Notes: generated by a model not told the origin, from the sequence alone. A stretch of 64,000 nt of DNA from Octopus sinensis (GCF_006345805.1 NC_042998.1:10726001-10790000), one strand, 5' to 3'; positions 14,934 through 27,723 are shown, counted from the stretch's first letter. Numbers and translations: made by a program.

Positions 14934-15092
14934 TACGACGGGCTTCTTTCAGTTTCCGTCTACCAAATCCACTCAAGGCTTTGGTCGGCCCGAGGCTATA
15001 GTAGAAGACACTTGCCCAAGGTGCCACGCAGTAGGACTGAACCCAGAACCATGTGGTTGGCAAGCAAGCTACTTACCACACAGCCACTCCGC
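14661..15092 (-). mobile_element. tRNA/CORE-type SINE family B
   Basis: Reverse complement of GGAGTGGCTGTGTGGTAAGTAGCTTGC...CCTTGGGCAAGTGTCTTC...internal (TA)(TG)...GACTGAAACAAGTAAAAGAG; matches 62024-62418. Confidence 0.9.
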
Positions 15093-15164
15093 ATGTAAGT
15101 TGAAGATAGTGTCTTTAATCCTGACAAGAAAATTAATAGATGGAAACTCTACGGAAACTCTACA

Positions 15165-15745
15165 AGGCGGCGAGCTGGCAGAATCGTGAGCACGCCGGGT
15201 GAAATGCTCAGCGGTATTTCGTCTGCCGTTACGCTCTGAGTTCAAATTTTGCCGAGATCGACTTTGCTTTTCATCCTTCCGGGGTCGATTAAATATTTAC
15301 CAGTTACGCACTGGGGTCGATGTAATCAACTTAATACCTATGTTTGTCCCTTCTATGTTTAGTCCCTTGTGGGTAATAAAGAAATAGGTATTTTGTCGGC
15401 CGCTACGTTCTGAGTTCAAATTCCGCCGAGGTCGGCTTTGCCTTTCATCCTTTCGGAGTCGATAAATTAAGTACCAGTTATGCACTGGGGTCGATGTAAT
15501 CGACTTAATCTCTTTGTCTGTCCTCTCTGTGTTTAGCTCCTTGTGGGTAATAAAGAAATTGGTATTTCGTTTGCCGTTACGTTCTGAATTCAAATTCCGC
15601 CGAGGTCGACTTTACCTTTCATCCTTTCGAGGTTGAAAAACCTAAGTACCAGTTACGCACTGGGGTCGATATAATCGACTTAAACCCTTTGTCTGTCCTT
15701 GTTTGTCCCCTCTATGTTTAGCTCCTTGTGGGCAATAAAGAAATA
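15165..15745 (+). mobile_element. SINE family A, head plus three tandem body units, with TSD
   Basis: Body restarts after AAAGAAAT(A/T) at GGTATTT twice; TSD GGAAACTCTACA at 15153-15164 and 15746-15757. Confidence 0.9.
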
Positions 15746-15821
15746 GGAAACTCTACAGAATTTCGTCGAGTATACATTCATAAACACACAGGCACTCACA
15801 AACGCGTCAGTGCGTGCATAT

Positions 15822-16058
15822 TCTTTTATTCTTTTACTTGATTCAGTCATTTAACTGCGACCATGCTGGAGCACCGTCCTGGAATGTTTTGTTAAGCAAT
15901 TCGACTCCAGGACTTATTTTTCAGCCTAGTACTTATTCTATTGGTATTTTTGCCGAACCGTTAAGTTATGAGAACTTAAAAACACCAACACCTGTTGTGA
16001 AGCGATGATGGTGGTGGGGGAACAAACACAGACACAAAGAAACGCACACATAGATACA

Positions 16059-16102
<44 letters not shown>

Positions 16103-16210
16103 ACGAGCTTATACAAGGCTATAGTAAAAGACACTTGCCCTAGGTGCCATGCAGTGGGACTGAACCCGGAACCATGTGGCTGGGAAGCAGGCTTCTTACC
16201 GCACAACCAC
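15822..16210 (-). mobile_element. SINE family B (internally deleted)
   Basis: Tail CTTTTACTTG..TCAGTC, CACTTGCCCTAGG core and GGGACTGAACCCGGAACCATGTGG head. Confidence 0.85.
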
Positions 16211-16262
16211 TATATATATATATATATCTTATTAAATCAATTGCCATACATACATACATACA

Positions 16263-16295
<33 letters not shown>

Positions 16296-16601
16296 TATAT
16301 AATTATTGAGAGAGACGGAAGATAGAAGATACGAGAATCTTTGTTGATCACTGCAATCGATTCGACCCATATGGCATCGATCCCCTGTGAGTGAGATACT
16401 GTGCAACTGGTTTAGGCAAATCCCTCGGTATAGATATGTTTACCTCAAGTGATTTCAGGAGATATTTCGCGCAACTTATTCGTGGGTGCTTTCTTCTTGG
16501 AAGTGAAATATAGAAATGGCATGTGTGCCTATACATATGACGAAGAGTTGTATGCGTGGATATTGATATGTATAAACATCCGTATAAATATATATATATA
16601 T

Positions 16602-16823
16602 ATAAAGGGCAAAAACCACTGGGTGGTCAGCCGTATGCTAGAAGTAGATCACCTACGATCAAACCAGAATTCTGGTTTTTTATATAATTTTCATCTGTCT
16701 TGCCCGCATATTGTTCTGGTGTCCGCTGAATTTTCCTCTAGAGAACATTCTTTTCTTTTTAGTTTGATCGTAGGTGATGTACTTCTAGCATACGGCTGAC
16801 CACCTGTTGGTTTTTGCTCTTTA
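16602..16823. repeat. MITE-like element with ~62 bp inverted arms
   Basis: 16602-16664 vs 16762-16823 (GGTGGTCAGCCGTATGCTAGAAGTA.ATCACCTACGATCAAAC); TA-rich flanks. Confidence 0.8.
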
Positions 16824-16935
16824 AATATACACATGTATTAGAATTTTCTCTGATTTTTCAGATTATTGTATGCTAAGCTACTGGTTTTAAATTGATATAA
16901 TTAAATTAATATTACATTTATATCCCTCATTATTT

Positions 16936-17005
<70 letters not shown>

Positions 17006-17159
17006 TATATATATATTAACAATTGAGAATAAAATCTTTAAAAGAAATTATCAGTAGTCAGCGTGAAAAACCTCGTAAGAGAAAAAATCCGTAAATTCTG
17101 TGGTATCTACGAATAGTAGTACCCTCAATATAATAATAATAATAATAATAATATATATA

Positions 17160-17192
<33 letters not shown>

Positions 17193-17344
17193 ACTTAGAT
17201 AACGTAGATAACTTAGATATGTTTCGACCAAAGATTGGCCCAGGCCATGTCTAACTTAATAGCACTACCTGATAGGATTATTCGAATCCTGTTTAAGTCA
17301 AGTTTTGTTTAAGTCAAGTTTTGTTTAAGTCAAGTTTTGTTCAA

Positions 17345-17560
17345 GTAGTGAGTTCTTGTTGGGTGAGTTGTATTCAATTATGGGTGGCTTATCTGGTATT
17401 CTTTGAAGGAATCTATCCAGACTCCGTTTAAAGTTGATGGGATCCTTTTCCTCCTTGATCACCCTCGGGACAATGTTAAATAGGGCAGGGCCTGTTGAGG
17501 AAAAGAAATTATGTTGCAGTGTACATATATGTTGTGATCTTGAATTGGGCATATACATAT
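17345..17560 (-). mobile_element. CR1-group LINE 3' end
   Basis: ORF 17325-17558: FSSTGPALFNIVPRVIKEE...FKRSLDRFLQRIPDKP; homologous to the C-terminus at 59930-60478. Confidence 0.75.
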
Positions 17561-17564
17561 GTAT

Positions 17565-18390
17565 ACATCTTCACATATATATTTCTTTATATTACTAAAC
17601 ACTGACCTGCCAAACCTTAATTCTTCATTCTTTACTACCTCCATGCCCCATCACTTAGACTCTATCACTACACATGTGTCACTCCTTTACCTTTTATTAC
17701 TCCACCCATTCCTTCTATCTTACACTTTGATACCTTTTTCTCTCTATCACCCTATATGTCCCCACTCCTTCTTTCAAATTATCTCCACTGACCACTAAAT
17801 GGTACATTTCCCCTTATCTATATCTTTGTTTTCCTTTTTCTTCCTTCTTTCTTTCCTTTATTCCTCTCTTCTTGTTTTTTATTTTTTTAATTATATTATT
17901 TTGTTATTCTATTATTTTTCTTCTTACTTTTTTCTCCTTATTTTCTCTTTTTCTCTTTCGCCATTCCTCTCTTGCTATTTTCGACTTGACCCTACTAATA
18001 CACTCCCTATTTTTAGGTCACTTTAAGCACAACCCTGGATTCAATAACACTGTGTATAAACTCTATACTTGGAATGGCCAATTTCAAATTCTATTGGATT
18101 TTACTCATAAGGTATTGGAATATTATATGTATACCATTCTACCTAAAAAAATGGATCTACAAATGCAATATCCTTATATATCTCACATCTATTTTTTTTA
18201 TTTCCTCCACCTCACTCTCTATTTTATATCTTATCTAAATTAACTACTTCTTAACCATCCTCACACCAACCCCGATGAAGGGATATAATAAATATCCTAG
18301 AAACAGCTGTAAGATCTTCTATCTATAAATGTTCTAAAATCTACACAGCCTTGGTTTTTTTTTATCTCATTACGAAATAAAATTTTTATA
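17565..18390 (+). mobile_element. Pyrimidine-rich PLE-type 3' region with HHR-like motif near its end
   Basis: CCGAUGA-A-GGGAUAU(AAUAA)AUAUCCU-A-GAAA-CAGCU-GUA at 18272-18311; ends at TA-rich sequence. Confidence 0.45.
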
Positions 18391-18407
18391 TATAATACAT
18401 ATATATT

Positions 18408-18754
18408 TTCTTTTATTCTTTTACTTGTTTCAGTCATTTGACTGCGGTCATGCCTAGTACTTATTCTATCGGGATCTTATGCCGAACCGATCAGTTACGG
18501 GGACATAAACACACCAGCATCGGTTGTCAGGCGATGGTAGGGTGAAAAACATACACACAAACATACACACACATATACACATCTATACATATGTATAAAT
18601 ATATACGACGGGCTTCTTTCAGTTTCAGTCTACCAAATCCAATCAAGGCTTTGGTGGGCTCGAGTCTATAGTAGAAGACACTTGTCAAAGTTGCCTCGCA
18701 GTGGAACTGGACCCGGAGCCATGTGCTTGGTAAGCAAGCTACTTACCACACAGC

Positions 18755-18757
<3 letters not shown>
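18408..18757 (-). mobile_element. SINE family B
   Basis: Same diagnostic tail, core and head as 14661-15092. Confidence 0.85.
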
Positions 18758-18816
<59 letters not shown>

Positions 18817-18967
18817 TGTGTGTGTGTATAACGTATACATGCATAATATATTATATATATATATAATTATATATATATATATATATATATTCTACATATA
18901 TATGTATGATATATTCATATAATATATATAATATGATATATGTATAATATATAATATATACATATAG

Positions 18968-19010
<43 letters not shown>

Positions 19011-19360
19011 ATATGATTATATATATATTAAATATATATATATAAATATATATCTATATATATCTATATATATATAAATATATATATATCTAAATATATA
19101 TCTTATTATATATATCTATTAATATATATATATATATATTATAATATATATATAATAATATATATCTATATATATCATATATATATATATAATATATATA
19201 TATATATAAATATATATATATATAAATATATTATACTCTATATATTATATAATATATATATCTATATTAAATATATATATATATATAATATCTATATATA
19301 TAATCTATATATATAATATAATATATCTATAATATATATATATATATATACTAATATATA

Positions 19361-19401
<41 letters not shown>

Positions 19402-19675
19402 TATATATATATATATATATGATATATATAATATAAATATAATATACATATAATATATATATATATGATATATATAATATGAATATAATATATAGATATA
19501 TGATATATATAATATAAATATATACATATGTATAATAGTATATGAATATATATATATATATATATATACTATATATATATATATTATATATCTATATAAT
19601 ACATATATAGTATATGTAATATATACCTATATATATATATCTATATATATATTATATAATATATGTATATATATG
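18758..19675. repeat. (TG)n followed by ~830 bp degenerate (TA)n array
   Basis: Direct inspection. Confidence 0.95.
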
Positions 19676-19763
19676 GCACGAAGGGGAGAAGTTGTCTAGG
19701 TTATTAAAGCCTATATCTCAGTCTTAGATCCTGTGATTCGAACTTCACTTTCTCGATCCAAAG

Positions 19764-19804
<41 letters not shown>

Positions 19805-20149
19805 AAACACAAATACACACATTTATGTGTACTTGCACGTGTAGGTATACATTCATGCATAGACATGCACGTAGTATACTTTTGCATTAATACAAAGGAT
19901 TGATATTTCTATCGACAATTATAATTATTTGTCTCAAAGTTTGGCCCAACTCCAATAGTTTTGAGAGAAGGGTAAGTCGATTACATCGATCCCAGTGCTC
20001 AATAGGTACTTACTCTATCGACCTCGACAGGATGAAAAGCAAATTTGATCTCGACGGAATTTCAACTCACAACGTCAAGGAAGATAAAATGCTACCGGGT
20101 ATTTTTCCCGATGCGTTAACGACTCGGTCAGTTCGCTGCCCTATCAACA

Positions 20150-20353
20150 ACAATAATTTTTTCTACTATGGGCTCAAGGCCAGTAATTTGGCGGGAGGAG
20201 GCAAGTCAAATTTATTGACCGAGTGCTTAGCTGGTATCAACCCAGCAGGATGATCGGTAATATCACCTTCGGCGGAATTTGAATAGACAGCATAAATACG
20301 AAAAAATGCAGGTAATTTGTCCGGTGCAATAAAAATTCTGCCAGCTCGCCGCC
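20150..20353 (-). mobile_element. Degenerate SINE family A (a second relic lies at ~19915-20125)
   Basis: CTTCGGCGGAATTTGAA and CTGCCAGCTCGCCGCC, the reverse complement of the SINE A head. Confidence 0.65.
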
Positions 20354-20361
20354 TTATACAC

Positions 20362-20403
<42 letters not shown>

Positions 20404-20418
20404 TAATAATAATAATAA

Positions 20419-20973
20419 ATGCCCTGATGCAGTACCAGGCAGTGGCTCTCATGGCTTCTGATCTTAACTGATTGAAAGTGTTATCATGTACATTGTTTTG
20501 TCTTGGTATAAAAGATGGGCTACAGCAAATATTCTGCTCAATAACCACAGATTTGCTTGTCAGTTGTTTGACCTTAACCAGTTGAGCATGTCCCTTAGTG
20601 GCTGACGATATGTGCATCTCTGATCACGAGCAGAAGTAGTGGGGGAGCATCATAGCCATGTGTGAGAGGGATTCTTTGGGGTTGAATAGTTCACCTCTGG
20701 AAACATGGGTGGTTCTTTCAACATCCTTAAACAACCCTTATTCAGGGACCGTTTGAGCGGGATGGGCTACTCGACCTGAAGAAAATTCTAACTGGGCCCC
20801 ACCTGCAAGGTCATGTGCTGTTTATCTTGATATGAGATCATCATGTCGCGCACATATGGTTGTGATGCATGTGCCTGGTGTACCCTTATCAGACGGGTAG
20901 TCATGATGGGTATATTGGGCTTCGTATATTTTACCCCAGTGTCACTTTGATGGCATGAACTGCTCTCTCACTC
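20419..20973 (+). mobile_element. ~555 bp non-coding (TAA)n-flanked element, copy 1
   Basis: Begins ATGCCCTGATGCAGTACCAG, ends GCTCTCTCACTC, with (TAA)n on both sides. Confidence 0.8.
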
Positions 20974-21014
<41 letters not shown>

Positions 21015-21016
<2 letters not shown>

Positions 21017-21519
21017 GCCCTGATGCAGTACCAGCCAGTGGCTCTCATGGCTTCTGATCTTAACTGATTGGAATTGTTATCATGTACATTGTTTTGTCTT
21101 GGTATAAAAGATGGGCTACAGCAAATATTCTGCTTAGTACCACAGATTTGTTTGTCAGTTGTTTGACCTTAACCAGTTGAGCATGTCCCTTAGTGGCTGA
21201 CGATATGTGCTTCTCTGATCACGAGCAGAAGTAGTGGGGGAGCATCATAGCCGTGTGTTTCGTTCAACATCCTTAAACAACCCTTATTCAGGGACCTTTT
21301 GAGCGGGATGGGCTACTCAACCTGAAGAAATTTCTAACTGGGCCCCACCTGCAAGGTCATGTGCTGTTTATCTTGATATGGATCACCATGTCGCGCACAT
21401 ATGGTTGTGATGCATTGTGCCTGGTGTACCCTTATTAGACGGGTAGTCATGATGGGTATACTGGGCTTCGTATATTTTACCCCAGTGTCACTTTGATGGC
21501 ATGCGCTGCTCTCTCACTC
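21015..21519 (+). mobile_element. (TAA)n-flanked element, copy 2 (internal ~50 bp deletion)
   Basis: Same termini as copy 1, scattered substitutions, lacks most of 20664-20718. Confidence 0.8.
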
Positions 21520-21563
<44 letters not shown>

Positions 21564-21574
21564 TAATAATAATT

Positions 21575-22003
21575 CTTTCTAATATAGGCACAGGGACAAC
21601 AAGTTGAGAGAACGGGATTATTCGATGCCAGAGTTCAACTTGTACTTATTTTATCGACCCCAAAATGATGAAAGACAAATTCTACAACGACGAAATTTGA
21701 ACTCAAGACGTAAAGTACCGGAAGGAAATCTGCTAAGCATTTTGTGCAACTCGCAAATGATTCTGCCATCTCGATGCTTTAAATAATTCCTTCTAATTTC
21801 GACCGAAGGCTAGCGATTCTGAGGGGAAAGGAGCCATTCGATTATATCGACCCAGTGATGGACTGGTACTTTATTTTATCGACCCGGAAAGGGTGAAGAC
21901 CAAAGTCAATCTTAACGGAATCTGGTCACAGAGTATGAAGACGGGCAGAATGCCGCTCAGGATTTTATCCCGTGAGCTAACGATTCTGCCAGATCGCCGC
22001 GCC
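21575..22003 (-). mobile_element. Two tandem degenerate SINE family A copies
   Basis: Each has TATTTTATCGACCC...GGAATTTGAAC/GGAATCTGG...ACGATTCTGCCA, the reverse complement of the head. Confidence 0.6.
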
Positions 22004-22023
22004 TTAGTAGTAGTAGTAGTAGT

Positions 22024-22097
<74 letters not shown>

Positions 22098-22679
22098 CAA
22101 TAATGATAATAAGTAATGGTGAAAAAGTTTGTAAAACATTTTATGACCTTTGTTTTAGTCTCCTAGACAGGCACAACTGTCGCAGAGTGCACCTCTGACC
22201 ACCTCTTCGAGAATGTTAACAACTGGAAAGTACAGTTCAGTGACGTCAACTCTTAATTAGCCAATCATAGTGAATTGATTTCATTCCCTCTCTTACACCG
22301 TCACCCACATAGATTCTCACACTCTCACACTCCAACTATTTCTCCCATCCTTTCTAATTTCTTTCTTATTTTATATTTTTATGCGAAAAAATACAAAGAG
22401 CTTAGTGCTTCACAAACTTTCACGCTTCCAGCCGGCCCCCACTCCCCTGTTAATTCCCTCTCATACACATTTACTCTCGCAAACTGTTCAGCCATTTCTT
22501 CCTTATTTGCAAAACGCTCATTTTGTTGTTGTTGTTGTTGTTGTTGTTGATGTAGCTAAAACCCATCGATTTCTTGTGCCATTCATGTCTGTCTCTCCTG
22601 CCACCACCACCCCTTTTTCCTCGCCATCATTATCATCGACGTAGTCATTAGTACCACCAGCACCGCCGCCGCCAAAACC

Positions 22680-22712
<33 letters not shown>

Positions 22713-22831
22713 GTTATCATCTTCGTGGTCATCGTTATCAGCACACTCGCTGAATTTCTGATACTCGAATCCACCCACATGCAACTACCAACCTATTCCC
22801 ACATAGCAACACACACACACAAACACGCACA

Positions 22832-22897
<66 letters not shown>

Positions 22898-23913
22898 TAC
22901 ATACATACATAATACATACATACATACATACATACATCATACATACATACATATACATGTATGTATGTATGTATCTATCTATACCTCATATATATATATA
23001 TATAATATACATACATACATATATGTGTATATACATACATGCAGATGTGTGTACGTACGCGTGCAGCTTATATCCATGTCCATATCTACAAGTTCGGTAC
23101 AAATAGGTTCACATGTAAGTGCACACACAATTACATAAATACACATACATACCAGAACACATGTCTATACATATACGCACACAAACTAACTCACATTTCA
23201 CCAACTATGAAGCCTCAATGCAGTCGCTGAATCTATTAGAAATGATAGCCATGTTTCCCTCAGAAGGACTGCGTGAACGTTTCAAAGATTAAAAAAAGAT
23301 AAACGATACATTGCAGAACATAGACCCGAGTTTCCTGCACGGAACAGTAACGAAAGCAATACCTCTGTTCATAGGTGTGTGCAATCACGGTTGACCATAA
23401 GCTAAAGAATAAAAGAAATAAGATGCACAAACATTTTGAAAACTTTATCAAAGTAGGGAAGACAAGGACCATAACTCTTTGCTGGACAGTTATTCTGAGA
23501 CAGAAGAACTGGTTCCAATGCATTCAACAAATTGCATTTCATTAAAGGGCCTGCAAAGCACGTCGTGTTGTTAAACCCAATACGAGATTAAGTCTGTCTC
23601 CTACCCCCAAATATGTAAAGTGCTTAAGACAGGCTACCAAAATAATTTCTCCTCAACAGAACTTCTGTGATAAGAATTCGGTAGACTCAAAGCAATGTGA
23701 GAATAACTTGACCAAGTAGTCAAAAGACTCAACAGATACAGCAGAATCACATTTATTATAAGTATTGGTTTGCCAGGGACTTCAAGTGTCGCCATTTGCA
23801 GCCTATTGAACACATCTATTTGAATACGCTGCAACAAGCATCGTTTATGGACTTAGCCAATACATACTACGCATAATTTCCCCGCAGTCATATATGTGTG
23901 TGATATATATATA

Positions 23914-24086
23914 TCGCCATGATAGGTCGCTAGCCACTACTCATTCTTTATTTTCTCTCTTTGTTCCTTTCTGTGGAAGAGCGTAGGTTCGAAACGTTAA
24001 ATACTTTTTTCATTTCCCGAGCGTTAAACCAATACATCTGTTTGTTGTCTACACCACCTATCTTTTTTTTTGTGAATTCCTCCTAT
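23914..24086 (+). mobile_element. Short PLE-tail-type element with HHR-like motif, flanked by (TA)n
   Basis: (TA)n-TCGCCATGATAGG...UUU-CUGUGGA-A-GAGC(GUAG)GUUC-GAAA-C-GUU-AAA (23968-24001)...(TA)n. Confidence 0.7.
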
Positions 24087-24108
24087 ACTATATATAGATA
24101 TATATATA

Positions 24109-24175
<67 letters not shown>

Positions 24176-24201
24176 TATACATATATATACATATATATAT
24201 A

Positions 24202-25252
24202 CAAGGGTTGGACAAATAATGGAAACACCTTAAAATTTCAGACAAATTTATTTTAATATTGGGTAGGACCACCTTTGGCAATAATTACAGCTTGGATTCT
24301 ACGAGGTATGGACTCGTACAAAGTTTGAATTGTTTTAAAAGGAATTTTTGTCCATTCTTCAGCTAAAACAATTCCCAATTCTTGTAGTGATTATGGTGGA
24401 GGATATCGACTCCTTACTTGTTTTTCTAAAGTGCACCATAAATGTTCAATAATATTGAGATCTGGAGACTGTGGTGGCTAGATAAGATGTTCAACTTCAC
24501 TAGAATTAGAATATTCACAGATACTCCTCCATGTTTAACAGTTGGAAGAAAGCAGTCTGGGTCAAATGATTCTCTTGGGGGTGTCCACACGTATACTCGG
24601 CGGGTGGTCGGAAATAAGGTAAATGATGACTCGTCCGAGAAAATAACATTCTTCTACTGGTCTAGGGACCAATTCTGCAGGTTTTTACTCCACTCTAAAC
24701 GCTTTGTAACGTTTATTTTGAAAGTAGTACTTTTCTGATTGCAGCCCTCCCGTGAAATCTGGCTTTGTGCAACTGGTTTCTTGAGGTGGTCATTACGCTG
24801 TGCAGTAATTTTGGAAGCTGTACTTTTGTGATCCTTTCTAACAATTTGCGTAAGAATCCGATGGTCCCTATCTCAAAAGATTTGGTTTTCTTCCGGAGTT
24901 TTGCTTCGACGAGGATGTTTTTCTCTCTTTCGCAAAGGCTGTCATTACGTTCGAGACAGTACTTCTCGATACGCCAAACATTTCGGCTGTTTTCGTTACG
25001 CTACCGCCTGCCATACGAACACCAACAATTTGACATCTTTGAGAGTTCGATAGATCTGTCATTTTAATGAATTTTAATTACTTTTTCTGATGATATCTGA
25101 AAAGAAACAGCAATTTTAGCAAAACATATTAAGCGACACTAACAATAAATTAAAAAAAAAACGTAACAAAAGAAGCTTTTGACGGTTTTATATATGTTTC
25201 AAAATTATGATACTGTGATGCTAGGTGTTTCCATTATTTTGTCCAACCCTTG
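24202..25252 (-). mobile_element. Tc1-family DNA transposon, internally deleted, both TIRs present
   Basis: TIRs CAAGGGTTGGACAAA(A)TAATGGAAACACC with TA on each side. N-terminal HTH ORF 24868-25062 (LSNSQRCQIVG...FGVSRSTVS...SGRKP); C-terminal QSPDLNIIEHLW...IPRRIQAVIIAKGGPTQY. Confidence 0.95.
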
Positions 25253-25807
25253 TATATACATACGGTATCTATCTATCTATCTATCTATCGTATCTTATCT
25301 ATCTATCTATCTATTATTATCTATCTATCATCTATCTATCTATCGTATCTATCGTCTGTCTGTCTGTTGTGTCTGTCTGTCTGTCTGTCTGCTGTCTATC
25401 TATCTATAAATATTTATAAATAAGGATAATATCGATATTTAAATATCGATATTATCAAGTGGCCAGCATGGGAAAAAATACCGTATAAAGGTAATAGTAA
25501 TTTTTTTTTTTTTACAACTAAAAATAAGCGTGTCTGAGAGACACCACCATGCCGAAATAGCAGTCAAAACCCTGACTTTAAAAACCACGTTAAATGTTCA
25601 TATCTTACCATGAGATAAGACAGAGGGACAAAATAGACTAGCAAAAAATATTATTGAATAATTTAAGATCCAGGATTTCTGGTTTTGCTTTGAATAAGCT
25701 TAACCGTCATCGGTTGAATATATCAAAAGTACATAAATACAGATATATATATGCAGAACAAACGTTATACTTAATATACGAACGTCCAACACATATATAT
25801 GCACGTA

Positions 25808-25848
<41 letters not shown>

Positions 25849-25883
25849 TAATATATATATATATATTATATAATATATTATGC

Positions 25884-26380
25884 ATATGTGTGCTGCACAG
25901 GACGTCATGAAACGTCCACAACAAAAAATACGAAGCGCGAGTTAATGGAACATAAATTATTCTTTCGAGCAACGAAAGACAGAAATGGAAAGCAAAACAA
26001 ACAAAATATAAAAAAGACCCCTCCTCAGTTGTTGGCTGTGTTTTTAGTCTTATATTTCGCTCATTTAACAACAATATGCACTTTCGATTAAACAGTTGCT
26101 CCCGCAAAGCAAATTAAATAAATTTTGGATTTTGCGGAGGGTCAAAATTGGTAACACAAACAAGACAGTGAAAAGAAACAAGAACACGTCTTCCGTGCTC
26201 CAGTTACAATGTAGAGAAAGAAAGATGGCCGATGGTCACTTGGGAGCCACGTGAGCGAAGGAGAGAGAGTGACAGAGTGATAGAATATAATAGTGAGAGA
26301 AGAGGAGGTAAAAGACTAAGAGAGAGAAAAGATCGTATAGAGTGCGCATACACGTTTCATGACGTCCTGTGTGCCCATAT
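25884..26380. repeat. ~490 bp MITE-like element with 20 bp perfect inverted repeats
   Basis: CACAGGACGTCATGAAACGT at 25896-25915 and its reverse complement at 26352-26371; (TA)n arrays on both flanks. Confidence 0.65.
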
Positions 26381-26411
26381 ATGAATATATATATATATAT
26401 ATATTATATAT

Positions 26412-26444
<33 letters not shown>

Positions 26445-26509
26445 ACATATCTATATATATAATATAATATATATATATATATGAATATATATGTATATAA
26501 TATAATCTT

Positions 26510-26712
26510 GCCTGGCAGAATCGTTAGCACGCCGGGCAAGATGCTTAGCGGCATTCGTTCGACTTTACGTTCTGAGTTCAATTCCGCCGAGGTTGAATTT
26601 GCCTTTCATCCTTTCGGGATCGATGAAAAGTACCAGTTATCGCACTGGGTCGAGGTGGTTTGGCCTATCTCTCCCCAAAAATTTCAGGCCTTGTGCCTAT
26701 ACAAGAAGGATA
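26510..26712 (+). mobile_element. Degenerate SINE family A variant
   Basis: CTGGCAGAATCGTTAGCACGCCGGGC...GAGTTCAATTCCGCCGAGG...GCCTTTCATCCTTTCGGG. Confidence 0.8.
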
Positions 26713-27060
26713 TATATACTAACATACGTATGTGTATGTATATATATATCTATATATAATATATATATATATATATACACGTATGTGTATATATATATAT
26801 ATATTAGATATATAATATACATACATACATATATATATATATACATACATATGTATACACACACACACACACACACATATATATAATATATATACATATG
26901 TATACATATACATACATACACATATATATATACATACATATATATACTTACAATATATATATACATTAATACATTATACTACATATATATATCAACTTAT
27001 AGTATATATATATACATACATAAATATAGATACTATATATATATATATATATATACTATA

Positions 27061-27095
<35 letters not shown>

Positions 27096-27096
27096 A

Positions 27097-27131
<35 letters not shown>

Positions 27132-27557
27132 CTAGCTGGTCCCGTGCCGTGACAAATGACAGCTATATATAGTATTTTATATATAAATAAGATACAGAAT
27201 AATCAAATATAACAACATTCACATACTTCCCTTGTACACGCACACACATGCACACATATACTCACACAGTTTGATTTTCTATTCAGCGTTGAATGTTCAC
27301 CATCCCACTTCCATTGCAATACACACACACACAGTCACACCGGCACACACACGCACACACATACACACGCACACAAAGATTCACATACCTCCATTTTATA
27401 TACACACACATGTACTCACACAGATTTGAAACGCTGTGTGACTGTTTTCACCGTAGAACTTCCATCGTCCCACTACAAGCTTTTCCATCACCCCTTCATG
27501 TCTCATTCATATGTTGGGACGGAGCAATACACAAGAGTATTATTATAATAGATGCAT

Positions 27558-27597
<40 letters not shown>

Positions 27598-27632
27598 TCA
27601 AATGAAATAAAAACCAAAACACAGAGGATATC

Positions 27633-27723
27633 GCGGTACACGTGTTTCAAGCTTTATAAACAACCTATTCTTACATCAATGTGTAATCGACATAACAGAT
27701 GGTTTAAAGCTCTCTTCAGCCGC
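27633..27723 (-). ncRNA. Mirror copy of the canonical type I HHR
   Basis: Reverse complement of 27947-28038 with all core residues retained. Confidence 0.75.

Noticed and set aside
15165-15745. CRISPR-like or satellite array
   Set aside because: The units are SINE bodies with no unique spacers, in a eukaryotic context with no cas genes.
22518-22784. Asp/Gly-rich ORF as a host exon
   Set aside because: It is made of juxtaposed TTG/CAT/CAC triplet repeats next to (CA)n, typical repeat background here.
27131-27165. Third Helitron 3' end (CTAGCTGGTCCCGTGCCGTGAC)
   Set aside because: The hairpin is incomplete, the flanking base is wrong and no matching 5' TC end was found.
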